A stretch of 64,000 bases of DNA, taken from the NCBI GenBank assembly GCA_964016885.1, contig OZ024742.1:141546001-141610000 (forward strand), read 5' to 3'. Below the pieces are notes generated by a model. That model ran no database searches, was not told the origin of the DNA, and saw nothing but the letters and a program-made list of their open reading frames with translations. Shown in pieces: positions 27,354 to 41,990 of this stretch (position 1 is its first letter; each line of letters opens with the position of its first letter). The stretch comes from Eledone cirrhosa. Lineage: Eukaryota. The position numbers were made by a program, and so were the translations under genes.

Positions 27354-27397
27354 CTGCACTGATGAAGGGTGATATCCAGAAACATTAGTGTCTGCAG
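27354..27397 (+). ncRNA. Type I hammerhead ribozyme
   Basis: CTGCA-CTGATGA-a-GGGT-GAT-ATCC-a-GAAA-CATTAGTG-TC|TGCAG. Predicted cleavage after 27392 (GUC). Confidence 0.87.
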
Positions 27398-27502
27398 TTC
27401 TGTTCACATACCAACACAAGAGCAAGAATGAAGTGTTCATTCTACTGACATGGCTATAAAATTGAGGCTTGTTTGCATAATTGCAAACGAATCGAATGTT
27501 GC

Positions 27503-27625
27503 CGTTCTGAGTTCAAATCCTGCCGAGGTTAACTTTGCCTTTCATCCTTACTGGGTCGGTAAAATAAAGTACCAGTAATACACTAGGTAATTGCTGGCCT
27601 TGTGCCAAAAAGTAGAAACAATTAT
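27503..27625 (+). mobile_element. SINE family A, 5'-truncated
   Basis: Runs from the B box to the AGAAACAATTATT tail. Confidence 0.88.
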
Positions 27626-27685
27626 TAATATTCGAAATAGTGAGATTACATTTATTGTATTCAACCATGTAGAGCGAAAATTTTC

Positions 27686-27765
<80 letters not shown>

Positions 27766-27800
27766 AACAAGGAGTAGGAACGATATATATATAGTATGTA

Positions 27801-27835
<35 letters not shown>

Positions 27836-27958
27836 GAGAGAGAACGCGAGGGGAGCAATAAACATGAATGAGGTCCAAATATTAAACTAGAAATATATTT
27901 CCATAGTAGCATTGAAATAATTAAGTACTTGTCGAAACAACAACACAGAATTATATAT

Positions 27959-28043
<85 letters not shown>

Positions 28044-28048
28044 GTGTC

Positions 28049-28093
<45 letters not shown>

Positions 28094-28099
28094 CTATGA

Positions 28100-28522
28100 A
28101 GTAGTTGGGGATAGGAAGGGCATCCAGCTATAGAAACCCTGTCAAACAAAGGGTTGAGAGAACTCTGCAATTGTGTCAAGGGCATGACAAACTCTCTAGT
28201 GTTATAGATCGATAGGATAAATCGCCCATAACACTCTGTAAAGTGGCTGTTGATAAGAAGGGTATCTAGGCGTAGCTAACCTACCAAAATAATGGGTCGG
28301 GAGGATACTTGAGCTGTGTCAAAGGCATGAAAATCTCTCTAGTGCTGGTGCCAAGATTAAATGTACGATGTGCACTCTGTAGAGTGTGGGAACGCATGTG
28401 AGATGCAGAGCCCTAGTCTGCTAGACAGGTCAGTAACTCCGACGATTAAATACTGACATCGCCTATGACAATTCGTCTAACACTTGCCAGTAGGGAGAAG
28501 AGACGTCAAATGATGATGATGA
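28100..28522 (+). mobile_element. Diverged SINE-like repeat with duplicated AGGAAGGGCATCCAGC module and (GAT)n tail
   Basis: The module occurs at about 28105 and 28248; the element ends in GATGATGATGAT. Confidence 0.5.
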
Positions 28523-29319
28523 TATATAAACTTAACATACAGATACAGCACACATGGAATTAGCTATGCCATCTTTCAGGATTTATCCATTAAATATTTT
28601 TTAAATCGGCCGCTGAAGATTTTATATGTATTCTTATGACCCAGGGGGATCAAATCGCGAGAACGGCATGCCGTTATTACCATCATATTTTATTTCCTGA
28701 TAATGACGAAGAGAAGGTTTTTTAAACATTAATAGGATAATGGATTTAAAAACATTATTGTTCCAAAGTAAAATTACAGGCCTAATAAAGAAATACGAAA
28801 AATCTTTATTCAAAAGATAAAACTCAAACACATTCGTGTTTGAATGAAAAGTTGTTTCCTATTTACACATACACACACATACGCACGCATTTTATCCTTT
28901 CTTGTATTCATTTCTCTCTCTTTCCACCCTCTCTCTACACCCCCTCCCTCTCCACCCACCATCTCTCTCTCCATCCTCTCTCTCTCTCTCTAGGTATGTA
29001 TGAATGTATGTATATATATGTCAATATGCACACAACCTTAGATAGAGATATGAGATAATTCTTTTCTCTCGACATTTTGCTTTGTTTTTTTTTTCTAAAT
29101 TTAAAATTTGATAATAATTTTAAGTTTGAGAGATTTAAATAACTTTAATGTAAATCTAAACATATCAGCTAACCTTTAGAACAAGTTCGAGCAAACGAAG
29201 AATTTCTTCATAAGGATTTCAAATTCACTCTAGATGAAAAACAAAATAAATATGTATTTTTTAAAATATGTTATTTGTATTTTGACAATATCTTTGGAAT
29301 ATGCATCTTTCCAACAAGG

Positions 29320-29358
<39 letters not shown>

Positions 29359-29587
29359 TATATTGTACGTCGTTGTCGTTGTTGTTATTTTCGTAATGAA
29401 AGTCTAAAAATTACTTATTCTATAAAATCTGATTCAAGAGAATCGGGATTATTATTCTAGGTACGGTTACAGGATTAAAAGAATTCCAACAATAATATTA
29501 ACTTCATCTGTAAAAGATCTAAAACCTAATGCAGTCAAACACACAAGCAGGCATACACGCATGCTTGTATGTATGCATTCATGCATG

Positions 29588-29644
<57 letters not shown>

Positions 29645-29662
29645 GTATGCATATATACATAC

Positions 29663-29756
<94 letters not shown>

Positions 29757-29819
29757 GTATATATTTATATATGCACCCACCCACACATACATACCTATAT
29801 ACATACATATATATATACG

Positions 29820-29884
<65 letters not shown>

Positions 29885-29954
29885 ATATGCACCCACCCAC
29901 ACATACATATATACACACACATATATATATATATTTATATACACATACGCACAC

Positions 29955-29999
<45 letters not shown>

Positions 30000-30070
30000 T
30001 CATATTTATGTATATATATATATAATTGGATATTTACATATATATGTGTATATATATATTCACCCTCCCC

Positions 30071-30107
<37 letters not shown>

Positions 30108-30109
<2 letters not shown>

Positions 30110-31770
30110 ACTAAAAATTCCGTCTCTATCAATCTCACCAGTTTTAACTTCCTAGACATTAACTTAGACCTACGTACAGACGCAGTGAAAAACGTAGGCA
30201 TATTCATAAGGACTCTAGTCACCCCTCTATAGTTTTTAACAATCTCAATCAGAATTGTTTCTACTTTTGGCACAAGGCCAGCAATTATAACAGTGTATTA
30301 CTGGTACTTTATTTTATCAACCCCGTAAGGATGAAAGGCAAAGTTAACCTCGGCGGGATTTGAACTCAGAATAGCAAGGGCCGTAACTATATGCGTCAAA
30401 GCATGGCGTCCGACCCTCTACCGATACTGCCAATTCACCGCATTCTCATTAATAATTGTTTCTACTTTAGGCACAAGGCCAGCAATTACCCAGTGCATTA
30501 CTGGTACTTTATTTTATCGACCCCGTAAGGATGAAAGGCAAAGTCAACCTCGGCGGGATTTGAACTCAGATCGTAAAGGGACATAACTATGCTGGAAAGC
30601 ATGGCGTCCGACCCTCTACCGATACTGCCAATCCACATTAATAATATCAGCAAGAATGTATCCAACGCCTCTTTTACTAAGGTCATTTTTACAGGACAGC
30701 CCCCTACTACAACTCAACCATAAGCACAGCAGCTTCTGAGTGAGAATCTCTTACCTTCCAGATCCCCGTCCTATATCTTGCAAGAAAAATTCTAGACATA
30801 AAGCTGTTGTGTCATTTGCACCACCATTCGCGTTCAACGTGAAGACTAATGTTGGTAGCCCTCTTAGATTTTCACTTCCTTGTAGGCCATAAATACCGGC
30901 AAATTTTCAACCGCCACACAGTGAAAATAAGCTACTCTTTTTACCAAAAGCATTAAATCCTACATCACCAACAAACACAAACACCTTCCATCTTACAGAT
31001 GCTCATACAGAAGACCAAAGACATGCCCCCTGGATCAACAGTGCAACAAGACGGCAAGGATATATGAAGCAGAAGTGACTTCTACCAAACTGAAGCCATG
31101 ATTTATGTAGGAATGTCTGAGAGCCGGCTCAAAAGCCATTTCCTGAACCACGAAGCAACCTTAAGACATCCTGGCAAAAAACATACAACTCCGTTTGTGA
31201 ACCATGTAGGAAATCTCAAAGATAACGGCGCAGCATTCTCCATTATATTGAGGATACTGGAAATACCCCCCCCCCCCACATCAATAGGACAAACTTTTCT
31301 AGCTGTGTGTAACCCGGAGAAGTGGAATATTCTCTCACAACTGGCTTCAGGGAAACGTAGCTTAAATACGCTCCTCGTCTGCTTCAATCCTTGTCCCCAT
31401 AAAGCAAAATTTGTTCTGAAAATGTCTAGAACAGATTAATTGAATTTGTTTTCTTTGACTTTTCAATTTAACCCCTGGGCTCCCTGTGAAACACACATTG
31501 CTTACCTTGGGTTTTCTATAGTTACCTCCCATTTCATTTACATTATTTGAGGTACTTATCTAGTTATAGATAATTTCGGGATTATACAAAATCACTGAGG
31601 GGTAGATCCCTGTTAACGGTGGCCATATCAATCTTTTGGAAGGGTCTCCGTTATTCTTCGGTTTTGAAACTGCAGTAAGGGAACTTTAGGCTGCTTGACT
31701 AGGAATATATCCCAAGTGGAAGATTTTAAATTAATTTATTGGGATCTACACCTCTGTGATTTTGTATAAG
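30108..31770 (+). mobile_element. 5'-truncated Penelope-like element (RT thumb, linker, GIY-YIG endonuclease, 3' region), interrupted by two SINEs
   Basis: Motifs [10 protein letters not shown]; VSFAPPFAFNVKTNVG; GHKYRQIFNRHTVKISYS; CSYRRPKTCPLDQQC; RIYEAEV...IYVGMSESRLKSHFLNH; CPHKAKF. A degenerate hammerhead end GAAACTGCAGTA lies at about 31666, with a short IR at 31582-31610/31741-31769. Confidence 0.88.
30253..30637 (-). mobile_element. Two tandem full-length family A SINEs
   Basis: Consensus matches at 30253-30442 and 30451-30637. Confidence 0.92.
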
Positions 31771-32576
31771 ATTCTGTATATGTATTTGCTTCTCTGAATG
31801 AGATTATTTTTGCGCTATCTTCCATTTCCGTATGAATTACACCTCTTTAGACTGGTTGATATTTATGTCGAAGAAGACTGGCGCCAAATCTAGTATTTCA
31901 ATATCCCTCTTACCTCTAATTTTCCACTCTCTTCTTAACCCGAAAATGACACTGCTAGCTCCATACGGATTTTATGTCCAGCTCATTTTTATGACAACAT
32001 GCACTCTCATTTCCTAAAATGGTCCTATTTGAACTATAGAATAAGTTCCTCTCAGCCAGTGATATTTCTTACTCCGGTAGTACCATGAATACTTGAAGAC
32101 CATTGGCTATTGTCCACTTCCCTTCCTAATTCTTCCTCTTCTACACAAATGTACCTAAAATTAATAAAATTAATCTCTAAAGAATTGCCGAATGCAAACA
32201 CAGTGCGAGTGAGTGAATAGAAAAAAATTCCTACGCAGCTCTTGTAGATGATTATGAAATCGGTAAAGAAACACGTGTTAGATTATTTAATCAAATAAAT
32301 CTCTTTCCGTATTTCTCCTCATTCCATGCCTGTTTTTCCGAATACAATATTTTATACTAAATTATTTCATGAATTCTTGGAACCTTGTACCTTTCTCGAG
32401 AATTTAATATCTGGAAGATTAGATAACTCCATTAATCACGTTGAGAAAACATCTCTGGTAAGCTGTTCTTTTACTATTATTCACATAATAGAAACAACTA
32501 TTATTCACATAATCATCCCACACAAATACGATTTTATCAACATAAAGTGAAAACTCCTTTATTTTCTCGATAGATA

Positions 32577-32653
<77 letters not shown>

Positions 32654-33109
32654 GACAGAGAGAGTGAGAGGGAGAGATATCTGTGTGTGCGTGTCTGTGC
32701 CAGCGATATCGTGTACGTGTAGCAGCAAATTTCGTACAGAATTCGGTCATTCAATTACTTCCTTATTTTGTTAATCGCTATGTCAATTAACTCCAACATT
32801 ACAACGAAAATACGAAATTCAAATCCTGGCTTTCTTTATAACCTTTTCAATTATCATGCAGAATTCCGTTCGCAGTGATAAATGACTAAAGCAGAAGTTT
32901 ATTTAGAAAGACAATGGATTCTGATATATAAGGATTGAATTATTCCGTATATATATGAAATCCTCTCTCTTGGCCATGATTGCTTGAGATCGTGCAACTA
33001 CTGCGCAGGTTTGTATATTACATTTAAAAATCGCTAAGGTTTTATCCTTTCACTGGATATTACGAATCTATCTGTCTGTCTGTCTGTCTCTCTCTGCCAG
33101 AAACTCAGG

Positions 33110-33275
33110 CGCTGGATTGGCAGTATCGGTAGAGGGTCCGACGCCATGCTTTGCAGCATAGAGTTACGGCCCTTTACGTTCTGAGATCAAATCCCACCAA
33201 AGTTAACTTTGCCTTTCATCCTTACGGGGTCGATAAAATAAAGTACCAGTAATACACTGGATAATTGCTGGCCTT
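33110..33275 (+). mobile_element. SINE family A, 3' end cut by the fold-back element
   Basis: Consensus match that stops at GCTGGCCTT. Confidence 0.88.
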
Positions 33276-33284
33276 TACGTGTAT

Positions 33285-34200
<916 letters not shown>

Positions 34201-34358
34201 GTAGATCCCGTTAAGGGTGAAAGCAGCGATTCTTTGCTTAAACTTTAATCTGTTATTTTAATAAATATTTGCTCTACGGTTTTTATATATTTGATATATA
34301 TTTATCCTTATCGAGCCCTCTTTGGATTTTAGTTTGCACATTTATTATTATTATTATT

Positions 34359-34409
<51 letters not shown>

Positions 34410-34629
34410 TACAGTTTGTCCATATCGATTTAAAATAATAAATCAACGGAGACGAACTGTAGTATAATAATTAGTATACTTCAATCTGGGTAAATTTTTC
34501 TTTCGCAATATATATACAGATGTGTTGGTATCTGTGTTTCATCACATACATATTAATTTATACACTGCTCATGGGATATATTTTTTCCTCATTCGAGCTG
34601 ATTCCATTGTAAAAGAATTCATTACCTTA

Positions 34630-34831
<202 letters not shown>

Positions 34832-35793
34832 AAAGAGATGGATAGTTAGGCAGATCAGCAGGTAGATAGATATTGTATTTATTATTCAAAGGTAGGCAGG
34901 CACGTAGGTAGGAAGCTACAGATACCTTTTGTTTGATTACTGACCATCTTTGCAACACTGTTGTGAGTGTGAGATGAGAGGAGGAAGGCATCAAACGTCC
35001 ATTTTCCAAACATATTCAGCTCAAAGTGGTTATTACTTGACACTTGCGTTTTTTTTCATAAAAGCCACACACACAAATATATGTGTGTGTGTTTGTGAAG
35101 ACATTATCAGATATCTTTCTTTACTTTATCGAAAAGGTGATCTTGATTCACTCAGTGTTATATTTGACATGGATATTTTGACCTTTTATATATGAAGTGG
35201 CTTAATGGAGGATTTGCGAGTTATCGGATGCGCGCTATAAATATTTTTTCACTAAGCGATGAGACTACACGTGGTGAAATACATCACCTGAAATAATTAT
35301 CAGATATCTTACAGAATATCTTTGGTATCTAATTTTTATATAAGTAGACATTATTTTGTTTTAAATTTTAAAATAATATTATCTTTATCAAATATTGGTA
35401 AATGTCTAACATTAAATAGTGAAATATTAAATATTATCATTGAATGCTATTTTTCCTCTCAGTCAAATTTTATCTTCCGGTAAATATTAAACTTATTCAA
35501 ACGTAGTATCTGCATTAGACTAGTAGAATATTTGGTGTTGTCTCGGTTGAAAAGTCTCAATAAATATAGCAAAATAGTCGTGTGCTGATTTTGATTGGTG
35601 TTACTCGAGAAGGTTCTGACTCTTGAGCATCCTACATAACACTTGCGTTCAACAAAGAAATATTCCTGCTTATCAGCTCGACTGCAGAGAACGTCCATAG
35701 TATTATTGATGAAAAAATCATTAATAAAATAGACTAAAGAAAACAACAATAACAACCGATAATTGAAGAAGTAAAAAGAAGAAAACCGAAAGC

Positions 35794-35867
35794 TGGTGAA
35801 TATAGCGATCGAACATACAGTATTCGCGTTATTAGCACGACGTTCTAATCAACTTAGCTCAAAAGGT
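35794..35867 (-). pseudogene. tRNA-Ile(AAT) pseudogene or tRNA-derived relic
   Basis: GAGCTAAGTTGATTAGAACGTCGTGCT-AAT-AACGCGAA...GTTCGATC aligns to the eukaryotic tRNA-Ile(AAU) pattern. The acceptor stem is broken. Confidence 0.75.
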
Positions 35868-35890
35868 TATGGAGTAGATGACATACAGAT

Positions 35891-35928
<38 letters not shown>

Positions 35929-37655
35929 AAGGAGTGTGTGTGTGAGAGAGGGAGAGAGAGAGAGGGGGGGGGGAGATGGGCGAGAAAGAGAGAAAGAGAA
36001 ATATTTATAAATATACTATAGTTTTGTTGATTTTAAACAATTTTCTACCCTCTATCCACTTTGCCAAATCACCATTTAAGATATAAACCAATTTGAAGTT
36101 TATCATAATGTTGTTTTTTTACGTGTTTGATGAATGGTACTTCAGAGTTATGTTTGGTCGTGGATGATGTAAATTAGATCGACTCTGAAGAGGTTATTTT
36201 TATTAATTTTACTAAACTTTATGATGAAGTTTAGCTTTAAGCTACATTGTACTCACAACTTAATAATATGAATGTAGTGACAGAAGAAAAAAGTCGTCAA
36301 GTATTTATGACTTCCATCGTTTGATCCACTCTGGTGTTCATGATTTCGGACGAGAAGTTAGCTAGAATTGATATGATGTTTTCTTTTGTGGTTTTATCAC
36401 GAATACGTGCTTTAAAAAAAATTGGATAGTTCATTTCAGTTCTCAGGCGAAAATTGCTGAGATAATTCTGACGAACTATCAAATAGTTGTAGGTTGATCG
36501 GATATTTTGCCTGAAGATCAAAGCAATTACAGGACACGCCGATCAAACAAAAGAAGTTGCAACAAAATCGTTGAAAGATATTTGGAAAACTCAACTGATC
36601 TAATGATTTTTATTTATGTATTTGTTTCTGCAGTGGAAAGAGTGATGAATCTCTGATTCAGGCGTAGATTCCTTCTTATAAAATGTTTCTCCTTCTGTCT
36701 TAATCATTTTGATACTAGATCGCTAGAAACCGTCTCTTGCTTTTCATTTTAAACTCTTTTTATTTATATAAAATCTTTTGTTAAGTTATTTCACTCCAAA
36801 TTTTTCATTATTTTCAAATCACAGTCAATGTTTTTAATTAAAAATATAATAACGAATGGGTAAAAAAGTATCTTTCCCAAACTAATCGAAATATTCTGAT
36901 CCCTCTATTAGGAAGAAACCTACCACGTTTATATTGTTAATATTTTGTTGTCAATTTGTTAGAAAAAACTATGTAGTATTACTTGAGAAATTGAGAATGG
37001 AAGCTCATATTTTCTTAAAATACTTTAAAAAAACAAACAAACAAAACAATTACAACAAAAATCACCCTAAAGTTGAGACTAGTAACTATCAAAACGCCTA
37101 CGTATGTAAACTTATTTACTATCTACCTAGAAGTAATATTAAAAGAACTTACGTTCTATCATCTCGAGAAAATAATTGGTGATTTTTATACGAAGAAAAA
37201 TCTTTCGACAGGGTATATGTACCTGAGTTGCCCCCAATAGACATATTATCAGTGGTTAAAAATAAAAAAACAAAAGACCCCTCACAAAAAAGCATTACCC
37301 TTTTCCTTTTATCTTTATATTTGTCTTCACCGTGTGTTGTAAAATTCACTCACATAATCACACAAACACGTAACATAAAATCAAGCATAAGTTCACTTCA
37401 CTGATAACAGAAAATATTTATATTTTAGAAATACATTATTTTTCGCTGTTGGTTTTTTTCTTCTATATTCTCAAGATTGCTTGGAAATAATTGGAGAAAG
37501 AAGATCGTTTTAATATGCTGCTTGTCAAAAAAAAAAAAAACTGATAGCATGAAATATAGAGGAAATATATTTAAATGTATAAAAATATAAGGTTAGTAAA
37601 GAAACAATTCATAATAATAATAACAACATTTCTCTATAAATTTTACCATAGACCT

Positions 37656-37740
<85 letters not shown>

Positions 37741-37888
37741 TGTGTGTATGTGTTAATGTGTATGTGTATGAGTATGCATATGTGTGGTCTGAGTAAATAT
37801 ATAGCAATGCAGATTCATATAGTTTGCATGTCACAAAGGTAATTTTCCCTTTTCAGGCACTTTATATATATATATATATATATATAGA

Positions 37889-38014
<126 letters not shown>

Positions 38015-38072
38015 TATATATACACATATATATATATATCAAGTATATATATATATATATATATATACATAC

Positions 38073-38108
<36 letters not shown>

Positions 38109-38400
38109 CTATCCAATGCCCAAACGAATCTACCATATACAAACCACTTGCACACACACACAAACGCATGTTGGATAGATTGTCTTGCAATATCGTTCCA
38201 ACTCTCTGCACTCTGAGTTTAAAATCCACCGAGGTTAACTTTGCCATACACTCCTTCGGGGTTAACAAAGAAAGTACCGGTTTAGTATGTGGAGGGGGCA
38301 TTTTTCTCCCTCTCACTTTCCTTCTTTCTGGAAGAAATCGGCTGTGACCGTGGCATTCCAATCAATCAGTTACCCACCCACTCACTCGCTCACTTAATCA

Positions 38401-38446
<46 letters not shown>

Positions 38447-38753
38447 GGGGAAGAAAGAGGAAAACTGCATGGTTGCACATGGGTTACATATTATAAAATT
38501 AGTCCCTCATCAGTGATTTGCCAAACATCATTGGTATTTCATCGCATTAAAAATCATATACCTCAGGTTGGTGCGAGCAATAACTAAAATAAGTTATTGC
38601 GACAAGTGAATCGCGTAAAGCGAGTGAGACAAGTAAACAACATAGAAGGAAAAGCAAACCGAAGGTAGGAAAAAAAGCAAACAACATGATGGTTATCCGG
38701 TCAGCATAAGCTGGGTAAATTTCAAGAGCGGTCAAAAAACAGACCGTCCGACG

Positions 38754-38901
<148 letters not shown>

Positions 38902-39375
38902 CATGTGTGTATGTATGTGTGTGTGTGTAGATCTAGATATATGTATGTGAAACTATGTATGAGCTACACACAGGTTTTCATTATATTTCTCCTACTGCCA
39001 CACCCTCAATTGTTGTTTGTTTGTGGCTCGATCGTCTCCTACTGCGTTACACGGAATATAAAAATGAACGTCGGAAATTATTATAAGTGATATCAAAATT
39101 GGAACAAAAAGATTTTTTTGAAAATAATACGTTATATGAAATCTTCAAACCCCTTTCTTTGTCGCTAACACTGGTTCTTCCGCGACTTTCCGACAATGTC
39201 TGTCAATCAATCATTATTCTCTTGTCAGATTTCACAGTTATTTTTTTTATTTTCAGAATACAGACAGACAGTTTCATTACTATTTATTTCCTTAGATATT
39301 TCCCTCTCCTGCAGCTATTTACTCCTTAGCAATATTTATTTATTTATTTTTAATTTATTTATTCCCTATTATTTT

Positions 39376-39495
39376 CTCTGAGTTCAAATCCCGCCGAGGT
39401 TAACTTTGCCTTTCATCCTTACGGGGTCGATAAAATAAAGTACCAGTAATACACTGGGTAATTGCTGGCCTTGTGCCTAACGTAGAAACAATTAT
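39376..39495 (+). mobile_element. SINE family A, 5'-truncated at the B box
   Basis: Consensus match. Confidence 0.9.
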
Positions 39496-39569
39496 TTTCT
39501 ATGGCTTATTTCTGAAATATTCCTGTTTTGTTTTCCTACTTAGACATAATTGATTGTATATGTGTGTAT

Positions 39570-40520
39570 TTACAATTCTTTTTAGTTAAGTTCCTACTGG
39601 CCAAGCACACGTTTTGTGTCACTCTATATTCATTTCTTAGCCGATCAACTTGAATTTCAGAACATGGCAGATACAACGTCTGAGAAGACAGCAAGACCGC
39701 AATGGAAGCTCCAGCACCGGGTTTTCTGAGTGAAACACTACGATAAGTGTGGTTCATACAACAGGTCCTGGAGCAATTTCATGCATTTTTCAGAAAGAGC
39801 AAATCTCTCTTCAAATTTAATATACAAAACTGGGTGAAGAAGTTAGAGACCTATGGAACAGTGGAGAACCTCAATACAATGTCTGAGGACTGTCCTACCC
39901 ACTCTGTACAGTTCAGGAAGTGTACACAGGAAGTTATTGACATGGTCCGAGAGCATGTTTAACAGAGCCCAAAACGATCGCTGCACAGGAGAAGCCATTC
40001 CTTCGATATCTCTGCAGAAACTTCCAGAATATTTGTTAAAGAGGATCTTAAGAAGTGCTCCTTCAGAATACATACTAAAGAAAAGCTTACGATAGATTGT
40101 AACACCAAGAGAAAGGCTTTGACTGAGAGAATGCTGGAGAAAACAACCCAAATTTTCTGAATCTGTGTGGACCTCTGATGAAGTCCACTTTTACTTTGAG
40201 GGGAAGATCAACTCTAAAAACAATGTGTTCTGGAGATTAGAGAAACCCGCTGAAATGGCTGTGAAACCTCTCCACTCGGCTAAATGTACTGTCAGAGTTG
40301 CCATTTCCGAGAGGAGGTTGATTAGCCCATTCTTTTGGAAGAAAATAGTGACAATGCTACCGTCCACAAAGAACATAATGCGGAGATCCTGCAAGACCCC
40401 AGAAAGAAGTTACAGATGATGTACCCATCTCTAATGAATAAGTTCTGGTTTCGGCAAGACGGAGCAAGCCCTCACGCCTTTAATGATTCGTGAGAATGGC
40501 TGAAAAATAACTTTGTAAAT
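39570..40520 (+). mobile_element. Tc1/mariner-superfamily transposase relic
   Basis: Frameshifted IQNWVKKLETYGTV (HTH), VWTSDEVHFYFEGKINSKN..FW, KPLHSAKCTV..AIS and WFRQDGASPH (first two catalytic Asp motifs). 3' truncated; TIRs not identified. Confidence 0.88.
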
Positions 40521-41990
40521 TGTAAGATATCGGCTAGGCGATTTTAGCCATTAAGCTAAGGGACCATGACAACTCCTATCGTCTTATATTTGATAGAGAG
40601 CTGAATCACAGCTTTTAGATGTCAACAGACATCCGAATGTAAACAAATAGAATCTCAAATGTGTTAAATGACATATTCTCGTCAATTTGGGAGTGAATTA
40701 TTCGATCTTCTAGTGCAGTTGGATTTACTGTTGAAAATTGTCTTGGCTTTGGCTATAGAAACATTAGAATGTCGACACCAGGAAATTAATCTCAGATGTT
40801 TGTCCGACACCTTACCCATTCACATGTCTACGATTCCCTCACAAAGGACTATAAAACCGCAAGTTTATCCATGTCACTGAGCCTATTTGTATTGGTATGG
40901 TTGTCTCCCCGTCTATATGTGTGTGTGATATATATTACATTACATGACACAAAGGAGAATGTTTAAGCCACAGTAGTATTTATAAAGCAAACAGTGTTTT
41001 GGTTGCACTTAATTACCTAGTACGATTGTCTTAATGTATACTGTATATTAGCCAAAAATTAGACGATGTCTATACAAAACTTCTCTATTTACGGAGCCAA
41101 CGGTCTTGATTAAATCGAAGAAAGCTGTATAGAGATTCTTTCTGTTCTCTGTATTTATCAGTATTTTTGTATGAATGCTGGAGGGTACATCAGTTAAAAT
41201 GTTGTGATTATAACATACAATGTGATGACACTAGTCCGAATAAATCAGTAGTTATTTTACAGAAACTATATCTGTAGTTCGTCTGAAAATACACGTCACT
41301 GAAGAAGGGGTTTCCTTTTTTTAAATAATATCTAGGGTAGATGGACAATACATATAAACTTCTCAATATTCTTGAAGATAGCAACAACGACTGCACCTTT
41401 AAAATCGAGGGTATGTTTTCGTGTTATATCATAGTAAAATGTAATAAACATCGGCCAGCTAGCCCTTCCAGCTTGTAAATCTCGTTTTATTACATAACTT
41501 AGATTAATTTCAGTAATAGATATCTTTATTTCATATTTATTCAAATGTTCAGCTATGTTTCAGCTACATAATATTTAGAAGCAAGTCTTATCAGATCAGC
41601 ATCTTAGTATAAATATTACCTACATGCTGACTTATATTATGAATACCTTTACTATTTATTCTGCCTGAAAAGTATATTCAACATATTTCAGTATACTAAT
41701 GCGCTGAAATCTAGGTTCATCTGCAATTTTTTCAAACCGGCTATAACATTATCAAAAGGCATAAGCTCTATGTTTATGATTCTGCTGTGTTGACTAGCCT
41801 TGGACTCAAATATAATTTCTGACATTCCAGGATCCAATCTTAAAATAAATAAAAAATTAGTTATTCTGAGTTTGTCCTAAATGATTTTTACTCATTCTTG
41901 TTTGAGAAATGTTAGGCAGAATCAGATGGGAGTCAACTATTGATGCTACTTTTCTAGATTCTTCTTCAAAAGTTAAATGTCCTTCTAGTG

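Larger units (their letters stand above)
27028..27502. repeat. Fold-back element (~225-bp arms, 21-nt spacer) with two outward-facing hammerheads
   Basis: 27028-27254 is the reverse complement of 27276-27502 with few mismatches. Left flank is near (TA)n; right flank is a SINE. Confidence 0.93.

Noticed and set aside
29467-30155. Long YI/CV/HT-repeat ORFs here and throughout the ORF track
   Set aside because: They are translations of stop-free (TA)n, (CA)n and (TATG)n microsatellites, not genes.
32240-32290. GAAACACGTGTT palindromic stem III motif
   Set aside because: Upstream core reads TAGATGA and stem I is unsupported.
35459-36600. Non-repetitive stretches with short ORFs as possible host exons
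   Set aside because: No recognisable domain or consistent splice-phase structure; RNA-seq or BLASTx would be needed.
38455-38525. Minus-strand CTGATGA-GGG...CCC hammerhead start
   Set aside because: No GAAA or stem III follows; at best a decayed remnant.
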